Part shown: positions 37,010 to 49,989 of the stretch, piece by piece
Layout: each line of letters opens with the position of its first letter
Position numbering within the stretch: position 1 is the stretch's first letter
Source: Octopus sinensis
Lineage: Eukaryota
DNA: 64,000 nucleotides
Direction of reading: 5' to 3'
Assembly (NCBI RefSeq): GCF_006345805.1
Contig: NC_043013.1
Coordinates: forward strand, 6,076,001 to 6,140,000
Position numbers and translations under genes: made by a program
Notes under the pieces: generated by a model
Seen by the model: the letters and a program-made list of their open reading frames with translations, nothing else
The model's database searches: none
Told to the model about the DNA's origin: nothing

Positions 37010-37677
37010 TTAACATCCTTTTTCCATACTGGTTTGGGTTGGACAGTTTGACTGGTGCTGGTAAGCAAGAGAGCTGCATCAGGTTCCAGTCGTCTGTTTT
37101 GGGCATGGTTTCTGCATCCGGATGCCTTTCCTGATGCCAACCATTTTAGAGAGTGTACTGGGTGCCATTTATGTGGCACTGGCATGGGTGCTATTACGTG
37201 GCACTAGTAGAAGTGCTTTTTATGTGGCATCAACACGTGTTCTCTATATGTGGTACTGGCCAGCATGGACGCTCTTTATGTCACTCTGGCACAAGTGCTT
37301 CTTAAACGTATGTAAAAAAAAACCAAAAAACAAAAGAAAGAATAGAAAAAACAGGATGAAAAAGGCAAAGGACAATCAAATGACTCTATTGTCAAATCTT
37401 TTTGTAGCCTTCATGAATTGGTGGATCTTATTTATGACGGGTAAACCCTTAAGAGTGAATTGTATCTCCTACCTTGGTAGCTTTTTGAAGACCAGTTTTA
37501 AATACTTTCAGTATGTATCTCTCTCTCTCTCTCTCTCTCCTCACTGTTTGTTTGGCTCTCTCTCCTTCTCTCTTTTTCTCTCTCTCCTTTTTTTGTTTTC
37601 TCTTTTTATTTCTACTTTTCTCTTTCTTTCTTTCCTCTCTCTCTTTCATTCCATCTTCACCTCCACCCCCGTCACAG

Positions 37678-37756
37678 ATTGATGGTTTTTGCATTGATAC
37701 AAGCCATGCCATAAACTTTCCAGATAGTGTCTACAAGAATATAAATCTAAGTCCAT
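37678..37756 (+). CDS. Candidate internal exon (IDGFCIDTSHAINFPDSVYKNINLSP), product unknown
   Basis: Long polypyrimidine tract then cag/, one open frame, donor CCAT/gtgagc. Confidence 0.2.
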
Positions 37757-38184
37757 GTGAGCTGTTCGTGATGGAACGTAGTTTAAACGAATATGGCCTC
37801 TTCGTAGCCAGCAAAATCTTTGTTTTTCTCTAACACAGTTTCCATATCTGATACATTTTATACTTCACTAAAACTTGGTCTCAGTAATGGAAGATTTAAA
37901 GTTTGATAGTTTATTTATTGATTCTTCCCAATATTTTTTCCACCCTTGACTGATTACGGTTTTACTAAGATCTTTGATTCACTTGCAGCAGATGTAAAAT
38001 ACCGATGAGAAAGATTTGGTTAGAGATTAGACGTCGCAACAGATAGTGTTGTATTTCACTAGACAGGTTGGTTTATTTCATTCCATTTTCTTTCATTCCT
38101 TCTTTCTTTAGCTTTCTATTTATTTATTTATTTAATTATCCATTAAAAAAATATAGACTACTCTCTATGGAAATACTATATAAA

Positions 38185-38695
38185 TAAATAAATGCACCCT
38201 TTTAAAGCCTAGCCAGGCTCATGGGCCTGATTTCCTGGTTTCTATGGCGTATGTGTTCCCAAGCAGGACGGAACGCCAGTCTGTCGGAGGATTACTCATT
38301 TTTGTTAGCCAAGTGAACTGGAGCAACATGAAATGAAGTGTTTTGCTCAAGAACACAACACGTCGCCTGGTCCAGGAATCAAAACCACAATCTTACGATC
38401 ATGATGCTGACACCCTAACCACTAAGCCACGTGCCTCCACAAAAATGTTCCTTCTTAAACCATGCCAGACTCATAAGGGCCGGTTTCCCGGTTTCGGTGG
38501 CATAGAAATTCCCCACTTGGATGGGACACCGATCCATCGCAGGTTTACTCATCTTTGCCAGCTGAGTGAACTGGAGCAACATGAAATGAAGTGTTTTGCT
38601 CAAGAACATAAACGCATTGCCCAGTCCAGGAATCAAAACCACAATCTTACGATCATGATGCTGACACCCTAACCACTAAGCCATGTGCCTCCACA
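38185..38695 (-). mobile_element. Two tandem tRNA-derived SINEs with a V-like tail
   Basis: CCCTAACCACTAAGCCA..GCCTCCACA heads at ~38440 and ~38695; tails match 21270-21330. Confidence 0.8.
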
Positions 38696-38919
38696 TGGAA
38701 ATACTATAGAGATCAGTAAACAAATGACAGAAAAGAGGTTAAAATAGGGATTTGTAGCATAGGCATGTGATTCCAATATTTTGTGGAAAGGGCAAAGTTT
38801 AATCTTAACTGGTGCTGTATTTTTATTAACTCTGAAAGGACAAAGGACAACAAACAAAGTACACCCTAGGGAAATTTCAAACTAGAATCTAAAGGAACAT
38901 CCTCACCCATTATTATTGT

Positions 38920-39138
38920 TTAACCCTTTAGCATTCAGATTATTCTGTCAAATGTAATGTTTATTTATTCCCATTTTGAATTAATCATGCATTATCTCAT
39001 TGCTTTAAGACTTCAATAATGTGATTGTTTATTCTATAGAATGACATTGTAGGTGTGAGAGTCCAGATCTGGCAGCAGGTTTGAACATAGAACAGGTTCA
39101 ATATTTGAGCTGAATATGGCTACTTTAAATGCTAAAGG
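38920..39138. mobile_element. piggyBac-like MITE, right end clipped by a SINE
   Basis: TTAA-CCCTTTAGCATT ... AATGCTAAAGG; a partial copy at 16722-16838 ends GGGTTAA. Confidence 0.75.
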
Positions 39139-39139
39139 A

Positions 39140-39355
39140 TACTCTTTTACTCTCTTTTACTTGTTTCAGTCATTCGACTGCAGCCATACTGGAGCACCGC
39201 CTTTAGTCGAGCAAGTCGACCCCAGGACTTATACTTTGTAAGCCTAGTACTTATTCTATCGGTCTCTTTTGCCGAACTGCTAAGTTACAGTGATGTAAGC
39301 ACACCAGCATCGGTTGTCAAGCAGTGTTGGGACAAGCACATGCACACAAATATTT

Positions 39356-39388
<33 letters not shown>

Positions 39389-39574
39389 CATACATACACA
39401 CACATATATATGACAGGCTTCTTTCAGTTTCCGTCTACCAAATCCACTCACAAGGCTTTGGTCGGTCCGAGGCTATAGTAGAAGACACTTGCCCAAGGTG
39501 CCAATCAGTGGGACTGAACCTGGAACCATGTGGTTCATAAGCAAGCTACTTACCACACAGCCACTCCTACACCT
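39140..39574 (-). mobile_element. Full-length CORE-like SINE
   Basis: Family architecture. Confidence 0.9.
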
Positions 39575-40300
39575 AAGATGTTAATGTCTTTTCTCAATAT
39601 TGACATAGGTTGGATGGTTTAAATAGAACTGACAAGCAAGAGGACTGTGCCAAGCTCCAATGCCTTCTGTGATGTGGTTTCTGTAGCTGGATGTCCTTCT
39701 AAATGCCAGCCAGTTTACAGAGTGCATTGTGTGGTTTCTACATGGCACCAGCACTAGTGAGGGTGACATGTAACTCACAAGACAAAACCTCCCGACTGAA
39801 TGTTGAAATACGTTGCCTTTGTATCAATTAATTTTGAAGATACTAAAGAATTTAGTAAAATTATTTTGTCCTTATTAAGTTGATAAATGGATCAGTAATT
39901 AACCTGGAATTTTGAAGGACGGTTTTAAACTTAGATCATTTTAAACAAGAAATTTGTATCATAAAACCAGGTTTGGTTAAGGTGGGTTGATACCAAAATG
40001 GTTAAAATAACGATTCTTAACATTAGCAAACGGTTATGTATTTGTGATTAGGTTAGTCCACATTACTTTCTAAGGAGAATAGGGCCAGTTTCCTGGAAAA
40101 TTGTACATAAAATTATGATGTTGATGATGTAGATATGAAGAAAGGTCCTGGACAAGGCAGCCAATGCTAGCTCACTCTTAAAGATTTGGATTTTTCATGA
40201 AACATCTGGGTTACTGAATTTGTATTTTGTAAGAAGTTTGTAATGTGGGATTTTTTCATGCCTCAAACAAATAAATTCTTGAAAATGACTCACACACACA

Positions 40301-40514
40301 CTCTTTTAGTCTTTTACTCTTTTACTTGTTTCAGTCATTTGACTGTGGCCATGCTAGAGCACCGCCTTTAGTCGAGGAAATTGACCCCAGGACTTATTCT
40401 TTGTAAGCCTAGTGCTTATTCTATCAGTCTCTTTAGCTGAACTGCTAAGTTACAGGGACGTAAACACACCAGCATTAGTTGTCAAGCGATGTTGGAGGGG
40501 ACGAACACAGGCAC

Positions 40515-40557
<43 letters not shown>

Positions 40558-40723
40558 TACGATGGGCTTCTTTCAGTTTCCACCTACCAAATCCACTCAC
40601 AAGGCTTTGGTTGGCCCAAGGCTATAGTAGAAGACACTTGCCCAAGGTGCCACGCAGTGGGATTGAATCCGGAATCAAGTGGTTCATAAGCAAGCTACTT
40701 ACCACACAGCCACTCCTGCGCCT
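40301..40723 (-). mobile_element. Full-length CORE-like SINE
   Basis: Family architecture. Confidence 0.9.
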
Positions 40724-41061
40724 ATATATATATATATATATATAATCAAATGAATAATAACAGCTGTTTCTTATGCATTTTTTAATAGAAGAATGAGATT
40801 GTTATTCTATTACAAAAAACCGTAATCATCAGATGAAACATAATTTTACCACCAGTCGGACACCCTTAGAGTATACCAACAATGTGCAATTTAATGTAAC
40901 ACATGCTTTTGACCAGCCCTGTAGGGTTGGTTTTCTCTGTGTACAAAATTGAAATATCTTATTTGATACTTACCAACCATAGGCCAGAACCACAGGTTTA
41001 TCAAACCCTACCTGGTGCATATCTTTTCAAGTACTTGATTCTATCTGAAACCTTATTTTAC

Positions 41062-41125
<64 letters not shown>

Positions 41126-41164
41126 ATACAACTTATTTTACTATATATATATATATATAGTAAA

Positions 41165-41580
41165 CAAATAAAAAAACAAAAAAATGAACATGAGGACATG
41201 CACAGGAAATGTATTAACTTGACGCTTGGTGCAAGGAGAGAGCTTGGTGTTTTGAGCATAGCTCTTTGTCGGAAAGGAGAAAAGGAAAAGTTCAAAGAAG
41301 GAAAAGAAATTGCCAACAGCACATGTGTAGTTACATTGCTTAAGTGTCTGGAAATAGAAATATGAGCAAATGATCAGACAAAAGGAAGAGCACTGAACAC
41401 ATTTATTGAGAGTTACGTCTGTTGTTCAAAACAGTTTCATTCAAGTTCCATGCTACTTTAAGTTTCAAAGCCCCAAGCAGACCCTTTCTTGTCAGGTTGG
41501 TAAGAGTTTGAATGACCAGAGAGGTGCAGGAAGTCTAAGACGGCTTCCAATAGACGGCTGCAATTGGTCAATATATATAT
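41165..41580 (-). mobile_element. Decayed Penelope-type repeat with degenerate hammerhead-like folds (41243-41277; weaker 41451-41500)
   Basis: CCTTT CCGACAAA GAGC-TAT-GCTC AAAAC ACC AAG has the same layout as 3598-3635. Confidence 0.45.
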
Positions 41581-42398
41581 ATATAATCAGTTTGATAATA
41601 CGTTGAAGATATTTGAATATTTATTTTCTCTTTGTAACTTTAGAATATAATTAATTATATGGCCAGAGTGAAAGGAAGAGATATTGGGTGTGATGAGGGA
41701 AAGTGAGAGATGGAGAAACTAAGACAAATGGAGACTGATGGGTAGATAAAGAGACAGAGTAAGAGTTAGAGGTAAATGAAATATGTGAGGGAGGGAAAGA
41801 AAGAGTAGGAGGTTAGGAAAGTGAAAGTAAGAATTTGATGTAAATAGGAGGGGAAAAGTGGAGAAGGAAGCGTAGAGCTGTGTAAGAAAGATTTTGACAT
41901 CACCATGTCTTTAGTTATCCCATTCTCTATCTTTTTGAAGTGTATATTAGTAAATAAGATAATGGCATAATCAATTGAAAAATGTTCCAGTAATCAAAGA
42001 GACTTCTTTAAAGGGAATTAGTTTGGATAGCCATATAATACTTTTTAAAGTGTGAGTTTTTAAAAAACAATCTCGTAATTCCATATTCCACCATTCTCTC
42101 ATTTTCTCTCTAACTTTTTGAAGTTCATATTGAGTGAATGAAATAATGGTATGACTAATTGAAAATCTCCATACTTCAGTATCCAAAGATACTTCTCAAA
42201 AGAGAATTAGTTCATATAGCCAGCTAATTCTTTATGAAATGTGAGTGTTTAAAAAATATGCATTTCAAAAAGCAATCAAATAATAAAGACTCCTTAACAG
42301 ACTCTCAATTCCATAAGCCATCATCTTTCATGGCATAAATACTCTGATACACAACATCCACTTTTCCATGTTTGCTTGAGTCAGATGGAATTTTTTAA

Positions 42399-42620
42399 CC
42401 CTTTTGTTACCAACCCGGCTGAAACCGGCTCTGGCTCAGTAGAACAAATGTCTTGTTTTCATAAGTTTTGAATTAAAATCTTCCACCAAACTTTAGTCAC
42501 AATTTATGCTCCTAACACTAGCTTAATGATAGCTAAGTTATTTTACTAAATCCTTTGTTAGATTTAAAATTAATTGAAAGAAACAAAGAACATCTCAAAA
42601 TAAATACAGTAATGAAAGGG
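42399..42620. mobile_element. Complete piggyBac-like MITE (222 bp) nested in an RTE-tail repeat
   Basis: TTAA at 42395-42398 and 42621-42624; TIRs CCCTTTTGTTAC / GTAATGAAAGGG; the host repeat resumes on both sides. Confidence 0.85.
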
Positions 42621-43050
42621 TTAAGGCAGATTTTTCTACAGCTGGATGCTCTTTCTATCACCGACCTTCACTTGTTTTCCGAACAATGTTGTATTTCCTA
42701 ATTTCTGGACATGTTTTCCTGGAAAGATTGGAAGCAAACTGCATCTATGAGAGTGGCACTTGATCCTCCTCCTTTAACATTCTCTTTCCATTATGGCATG
42801 GCCTGGACTGTTTGGCCAGAGCTGGGAATCTGCACCAGGTTCCAGTCTAATTTGGCTTGGTTTTTATAGCTAGACGTCCTTCCTAATGCCAACCACTTTA
42901 CACTGAGTGCTGGATACTTTTAACATGGCACCGGCATGGGTGCTTCCTACATGGTACCAGCACAAGTGCTTCTTACTTGGATCTAGCCTGAGTGCTTTTT
43001 ATGTGACACAAGCACAGGACCATATGGACCAATCCCCTTCACCATTGTTT

Positions 43051-43363
43051 AAAATTAAGAGGAATGACCACTAAAGTGGACACCTAATATGCTAAACATA
43101 GACGTCAAATCGCCATTACCACGAAGAATGTGTTCGCAAGAAAAATTTCAGCAAAATACCAAAATGTAAAAATGAGCAAGACAAATGAAAATATACGAAA
43201 TAAAAAGGATTACCTACATATATTTTCATTTGTCGTGCTCATTTTTACATTTTGGCATTTTGCTGAGATTTTTCTCAAGAACACATTCTTCGTGGTAATG
43301 GCAATTTGACGTCTCTGTTTAGCATATTAGGTGTCAACTTTGGTGGTCATTCCTCTTAATTTT
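43051..43363. repeat. 313-bp palindrome with ~146-bp arms and a ~21-nt loop
   Basis: AAAATTAAGAGGAATGACCAC.. pairs with ..GTGGTCATTCCTCTTAATTTT, about 90% by eye. Confidence 0.92.
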
Positions 43364-43554
43364 ATGTATGTATGTATGTATGAATATGTAAATAAATTGT
43401 GCTATAGTAGATCCTTCATGCTTACAACAAATTTTGTTGTTCAGTCTTGGTGTTTGTTAATGTTCCTATTTTTCTACGAGTCACAACCTTATTACATTTG
43501 TATATAATTTGTCATCTATCACACTGAGTCATGAAATGCAATCTCTTACTAGAA

Positions 43555-44645
43555 AAAAGCAAAATGATATATGCACAGCCATTCAGGGAATACTGGTTGG
43601 CAAATCTTGAACTTAAGGATCGGCTTCAGCGAAATAGAAATAATATAAAGAAGCTAGTTTCTGTAAATACTGCAACATTATTCTGAGAAATGCAAATAAA
43701 TCCATGTTAATAAAACACAAGACTTTTGTCAAACCTAAGAAATGCTTTGATGTGGCTAAGCCTCATATTGATATTTCTCAATTCGTGGTGAGAGTAAGTC
43801 AATGGAGAGTGAACAAACAGCTGAACGTGAAACGCTTATTGCTGGCTGTTTTGGTGAACGTAACATTGCTTCTGCAAACATTGATCATCTTTTGAAGGGA
43901 CATATTAGCAAACATTTGTGACAGGAAAATTGCAGAAAAATTATCAATGGAAAGAACAAAATTTTCATCTGTAGGTACAGGCATGGCTGTGCAGTAAGAA
44001 GCTTGCTTCCCAACCACATGGTTCCAAGCTCAGTCCCACTGCATGGTACCTTAGAAATGTCTTCGACTCTAGCCTCTGGCTGACTAAAGCCTTGTGGGTG
44101 GGTTTGATAGATGGAAACTGAAAGAAGCCCGTTGTATATCTATATATGTGTGTGTGTGTGTCTTTGTGTTTCCTCCCCGCCAACCACTGCTTAATAACCA
44201 GTTTTGTTGTGTTTACTTCCCTGTAATTTAGCAGTTCAGCAAAAGAGATTGATAGAATAAGTACTAGGCTTTTAAAAAATAAGTTCTGGGGGCTTGATTT
44301 GTTCAACTAAAAAACCATACAACGTTGTACCCCAGCATGGCCGCAGTCAAATGATTGAAACAAGTGAAAGATATCATTCAAGATGGAACAGACTTCCATG
44401 TTAAAAATAGCAAACAAAAGCCATTAAAAAAAGAAGAAAAAAAAAGAAGTAAATGGATATCTCTGCAAGTCACAAGAATCTTCTATCATAATTGCTGAAA
44501 GTGGAGACATTTTGGTTATTCAAATTTTGGCTATTGTTGTCAGTTACTTTGATTTGAATAAACATGATGTCAGAGATGCATTTTTAGACACTGTGGCTGA
44601 AAATGGAATGGCTCCCGGTCTTTGCAATGCCGACAAATCTATCTT
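43555..44645 (+). pseudogene. hAT-superfamily transposase, N-terminal half, interrupted by a CORE-like SINE (43976-44372)
   Basis: YAQPFREYW..LKDRL, FCKYCNIIL..LIKH (BED-like finger), ERNIASANIDHL, KIAEKLSMERTK, SIIIAESGD..LAIVVSYFD (decayed IIDESTD). Confidence 0.75.
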
Positions 44646-44924
44646 TTGTTTCTTATCTTTTACCTCTTTCTGTCTTTGGCCGGCAGCTGTCCCGGGGGGT
44701 CACCTTGAAAGGTTTTAGTAAAATAAAATAAAATAAAATAAAATAAAATCAACCCCAAGACTTATTTTTTATTAAGTCTGGTATGTACTCTGTCGGTCAC
44801 TTTTACTAAAACATAAGTGGTTTTGTCAGCTCACTACCTTGGTGGTGGTGATGATGATGATGATGCTGTTGACGACGACAACAACGATGATGATGATAAT
44901 GATTCTTTCTACCATAAGCTCAAG

Positions 44925-45122
44925 GTCTGAAACATTGTTGGGGTTAGTTGATTACATCAACCCCAATACTCAACTGGTACTTATTTTATTGAGCCTGAGT
45001 AGGGGTGCTGGGGGTGGGGTGAAAGGTGAAGTAAACCTTGGTGGCATTTGAACTCAGTATGCAAAGAGCTTGAATAAATTACTGCAAAGCATTTTTCCTG
45101 ATACCCTAATTATTCTGCCAGC

Positions 45123-45157
<35 letters not shown>

Positions 45158-47110
45158 TAATCCTTTCTTCTAAAGGCACAAGGCCTGAAATTTTGGGAGA
45201 GGGGGTAAGTCGATTACATTGAGCCCTCCTCCAGTATTTCACTGGTACTTATTCTATTGACCCCAAAGGGATGAAAGGCAAAGTCAACCTCAGTGGAATT
45301 TGAACTCATAATGTAAAGATGCACAAAATGCTGTTAAGCATTATGCCATTGTGCTAATGATTCTGCCAGCTCACCGTCTGAATAATAATAATAATAATCC
45401 TTTGTGCTATAGGCACAAAGCCTGAAATTTTGGGGGAGGGGACTAGTTGATTACATCACCCCAGTACACAACTGGTACTTAATGTATTGAGGATGAAAGG
45501 CAAAGTTGACCTCGATAGAATTTGAACTCAGAATGTAGCAGCAGACGAAATACTGCTAAGCATTTCATCCAGCGTGCTTAATGATCCTACCAGCTTGCTG
45601 CCTTAATAGTAATGATAATAATAATAATAATCCTTTGTGCTATAGGCACAAAGCCTGAAATTTTGGGAGAGGGGGTAAGTCGATTACATTGAGCCCTCCT
45701 CCAGTATTTCACTGGTACTTATTCTATTGACCCCAAAGGATGAAAGGCAAAGTTGACCTCGATAGAATTTGAACTCAGAATGTAAAGGCAGACGAAATAC
45801 CGCTCAGCATTTCACCTAGTGTGCTAACGGTTCTGCCAGCTCACTACCTTAATAGCAATAATAATAATATAATAATAATATAATAATAATAATAATAATA
45901 TAATAATAATAATAATAATGATAATCCTTTCTTCTAAAGGCACAAGGCCTGAAATTTTGGGAGAGGGGGTAAGTCGATTACATTGAGCCCTCCTCCAGTA
46001 TTTCACTAGTACTTATTCTATTGACCCCAAAGGGATGAAAGGCAAAGTCAACCTCAGTGGAATTTGAACTCATAATGTAAAGATGCACAAAATGCTGTTA
46101 AGCATTATGCCATTGTGCTAATGATTCTGCCAGCTCACCGTCTGAATAATAATAATAATAATCCTTTGTGCTATAGGCACAAAGCCTGAAATTTTGGGGG
46201 AGGGGACTAGTTGATTACATCAACCCCAGTACACAACTGGTACTTAATGTATTGAGGATGAAAGGCAAAGTTGACCTCGATAGAATTTGAACTCAGAATG
46301 TAGCAGCAGACGAAATACTGCTAAGCATTTCATCCAGCGTGCTTAATGATCCTACCAGCTTGCTGCCTTAATAGTAATGATAATAATAATAATTATAATC
46401 TTTTCTACTCTAGGCACAAGGCCTGAAGTTTTGGGGGAGTGGGGTGGGCAGTCAATTAGATCGACCCCAGTATGCAGCTTAATTTATTGATCCCGAAAGG
46501 ATGAAAAGCAAAGTTGGCCTTGCAGGAATTTGAACTCAGAATGTAAAGGCAGACGAAATACCGCTCAGCATTTCACCTAGTGTGCTAACGGTTCTGCCAG
46601 CTCACTACCTTAATAGCAATAATAATAATAATAATGATAATAATAATAATAATATAATAATAATAATAATGGTAATAATAATCCTTTCTACTATAGGCAC
46701 AGAACCTGTAATTTTTTTGTGGGGGTAGGCCAGTAGTTTAAGGGGAGGGATTAGTTGAACATCAACCCTACAGTACATGACTGGTATTTATTTCATCAAC
46801 CCCAAAAGTGTGAGAGGTAAAGATTGACCTTGGTGGAATTTGAACTCAGGATATAAAGATGGACCAGTAAATGACTGGTACTTGAATTTATCAAACGCGA
46901 AAGTATGAATGGCAAAGTTGATCTTGGGTGGATTTGAACTCACAATGTAAAGAGTTAGAGAAAATGCTGCTAACATTTTGCCTGATGTGCTAATGATACT
47001 GCCAAGGCAGCCTGCAGTTTTGAGTGGAGGGAGGCTAGTCAATAGCAGTGATCCCTAGCATATAACTGGTACTTTTACTTTATTGACCTAGAAAGGGTGA
47101 AAGGCAAAAG
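44925..47110 (-). mobile_element. Head-to-tail array of nine or more (ATT)n-family SINEs including a 764-bp duplication
   Basis: Units are separated only by (AAT)n; 45161 matches 45925 and 45398 matches 46162. Confidence 0.9.
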
Positions 47111-47729
47111 TTATTGTAGAGGTGAATAATTAATTAAAAAAAATAGTGTGTTGTCATTAATTAGCCAAAAGCGTTAAATACGACCATGCTTAAAATACAA
47201 TGGATGTAGAAGCATTTAAAAACAAAAGGCAACCTCTCCCACACACTCACACGGCAGAAAAATAACAATAAAGAGAAGAAAAGTAGGGGGGAACACCCCA
47301 GCCATAATGTAATTAAAACTATGGATATGTGTAGGAGTAGCGGGAGGGAGGAGGAGAATGAGGAAGGTGGTTGTGATGATGGTGATGATGGTGTGGTCAC
47401 TTTGAGGAGGGAAAGCTACGGCAAGGGAGAAGTTTATTGACTGAATTAAGCATTCTGTCGGATAATGCAACCACGGCTGGCTTTGTATTGTTAATGATAA
47501 TTTGCAACAACTGTAATTGTTTGGAAGGAGATATTTAAAACAAAAGCCGGACCAGTGGATGGCTATTTTGTTTATTGTTTTATTGTTTTTGTTGTTTTCT
47601 TCGTTGTCTTTTTTTTTTTCGAGTGACCAAAAGAAAACACTGGAATTGTTTGCGTGTTTCTCATTAACTCTTGAAGCTTTGAGGTGTCTGTTCATGTCTC
47701 CAGTGGTTTCAATTCTATTGCTACTGCAG

Positions 47730-47736
47730 CTACCAT

Positions 47737-47775
<39 letters not shown>

Positions 47776-47968
47776 AATTTCTAGTACCACTGTCAGCACC
47801 ACCACCATTACCACAGTACCACCACGATGACGATCACCACTACTACTACTACTTCTAGTAACACCACCATCACCACTACTACCAACACCAACACCACCAC
47901 TGCAACTAGTAATATTTCCCACCACCACCACTACTAGTACTACTATAGTACTATTACCACTGCCACCG

Positions 47969-48013
<45 letters not shown>

Positions 48014-48075
48014 TTACTACTATAGTACTATTATCACCACTACCACCACCGCTGCCACCACTACTACTACTACTA
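47730..48075. repeat. Compound (ACT)n/(ACC)n microsatellite
   Basis: Direct reading. Confidence 0.9.
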
Positions 48076-48984
48076 TCCATTGCTGCAATCACCTGTTGCA
48101 CAAAAACCTGTTGCTAACAACAACAACTACCCCTTCTACTATTAATGCTGGTTTTTTAATTTTAAATACATGGTCAACGATATTGTTTCTGATATAGTCA
48201 CATGGCTTGAAATTGTCTGGGAGAGAGCAATCAATTGCATTGACCAGAGTACTCAACTGGTACGTTATTTTATATGCCCTTAAAAAGATGAAAGACAAAG
48301 TCGACGTCAGTAGAATTTGAACTCAGGATGTAAAACCTGATGAAATGCCATCAAATATTTTGTCTTGTATGGTCATTATTCTGACTGCTCGCTTCCTTTA
48401 ATACCAGCAATATTGAAAGAGGGATTTAATTGCTATCATTAACCTTTGCACTTGACTTGTACTTTATTTTATCGACCCTTTGAAAGATAAAAGGGTAAGT
48501 TGATCTTGGTGGGATTTGAGCTCAGAACATGAAGAGCTGGAAGAAATACCATAAGGCATTTTGTCCAATGCTCTACTGATCTGCCAATAACAATTGGCAG
48601 CCTTAACTGTTGTAATAATGCTATAAAACTACCAATAATGACATCAGACTTGGTATTACTACTACTGCCACATCTACTGTTGTAACACTTATTCCAAAAC
48701 ACACCACCACCCCAACTATGGCTACCATTACTACCACAGCACCCCACCATCATTAGTACCACTACTACCACCAGTACCATGACCACTGCGACCACCACCA
48801 CGACCACTACTGCTCCTGCTGCTCCCATCAGCAGCATCAGGAGTACCAGCAGCAGTACCAACAGTAGCAGCACCACCGCCACACCATAATCGGTGTGGCG
48901 TTTATGTAATCTACAAAGTGAATGAGTTTGACAGACAGCAATAGTATAGCAATAGTTTTGTTGATTTGGTTGGCCTGTTTTCAA

Positions 48985-49022
<38 letters not shown>

Positions 49023-49093
49023 TATATATACATATACATACACACATATACACACAAATATATACATATATATATACATACACACATATACAC

Positions 49094-49134
<41 letters not shown>

Positions 49135-49582
49135 AATCTCAGTATAGATGGAGGGAAAAAGAAGGCTGTTGCTGTGTGAGCCAAAGATTTATTCTTCTTA
49201 GAATTAGCAGTAAAGCCAAAAATCTGTTCAATAATATCTCCAATTCAATTGACTGTCAGCCCAGCGCATCCCACCTCGCAACGACACCCACACCTTCATC
49301 TCCACTTCTGCGTAGACAAAGAGACCAGAAATAAATCCAAACCAACTTCAATGTTAATCGTTATATAGATATCTCTTCCATGATGCTGTGACCTATTCAA
49401 AGCCTCTTGTATCTCTCTTAGTATCGCTTTATGTTTATTCAGCATGGAACATAGATGTTAAATGGTGATGGTGGTGGTGGTAAGGCTGCTTCTAAGCAGA
49501 CTTTGCGTTTTGCTTGAGAATAAAATCCTTAACTCCTGGGAAGCAGTTGGTTTGCTACTAGTGTCATAATATTATTGTTCGG

Positions 49583-49968
49583 GCTTGGCTGTGTGGTAAG
49601 AAGCTTACTTCCCAACCACATGGTTCTGGGTTCAGTCCCACTGTGTGGCACTTTGGGCAAGTCTCTTCTACTATAGCCCCAAACCAACCAAAGCTTTGTG
49701 AGTGGATTTGATTGACGGAAACTGAAAGAAGCCTGTCATATATATATATGTGTGTGTGTGTAGGTGTGTCTGTACTTCTCCCTCACTACTGTTTGACAAA
49801 TGGTATTGATTTGTTTATGTCCTTGTAACTTAGTGGTTCATCATAAAAAAGACTGATAAAATAAGTACCAGGCTTTATAAAAAGAGTACAGGGTCGATTC
49901 ATTTGACTAAAAGTTCTTGAAGGCAGTGCCCCAGCATGGCCACTGTATAATGACTGAAACAGATAAAA
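49583..49968 (+). mobile_element. CORE-like SINE
   Basis: Family architecture, diverged. Confidence 0.85.
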
Positions 49969-49989
49969 GATTTCTTTTGTTCCCTTGGT

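Noticed and set aside
37122-37682. 186-aa ORF
   Set aside because: It reads through an antisense RTE tail, an A-run and a CT microsatellite.
40811-40845. Hammerhead-like CTGATGA TTAC..GTAA on the minus strand
   Set aside because: No GAAA core and no stem I; too degenerate to call.
48469-49184. 208-aa and overlapping ORFs
   Set aside because: They are low-complexity translations of (TA)n, (ACC)n and SINE sequence.
49255-49345. Strong minus-strand acceptor (tttgtctacgcag)
   Set aside because: The downstream frames are short, the donor is weak, and it opposes the better plus-strand candidates.
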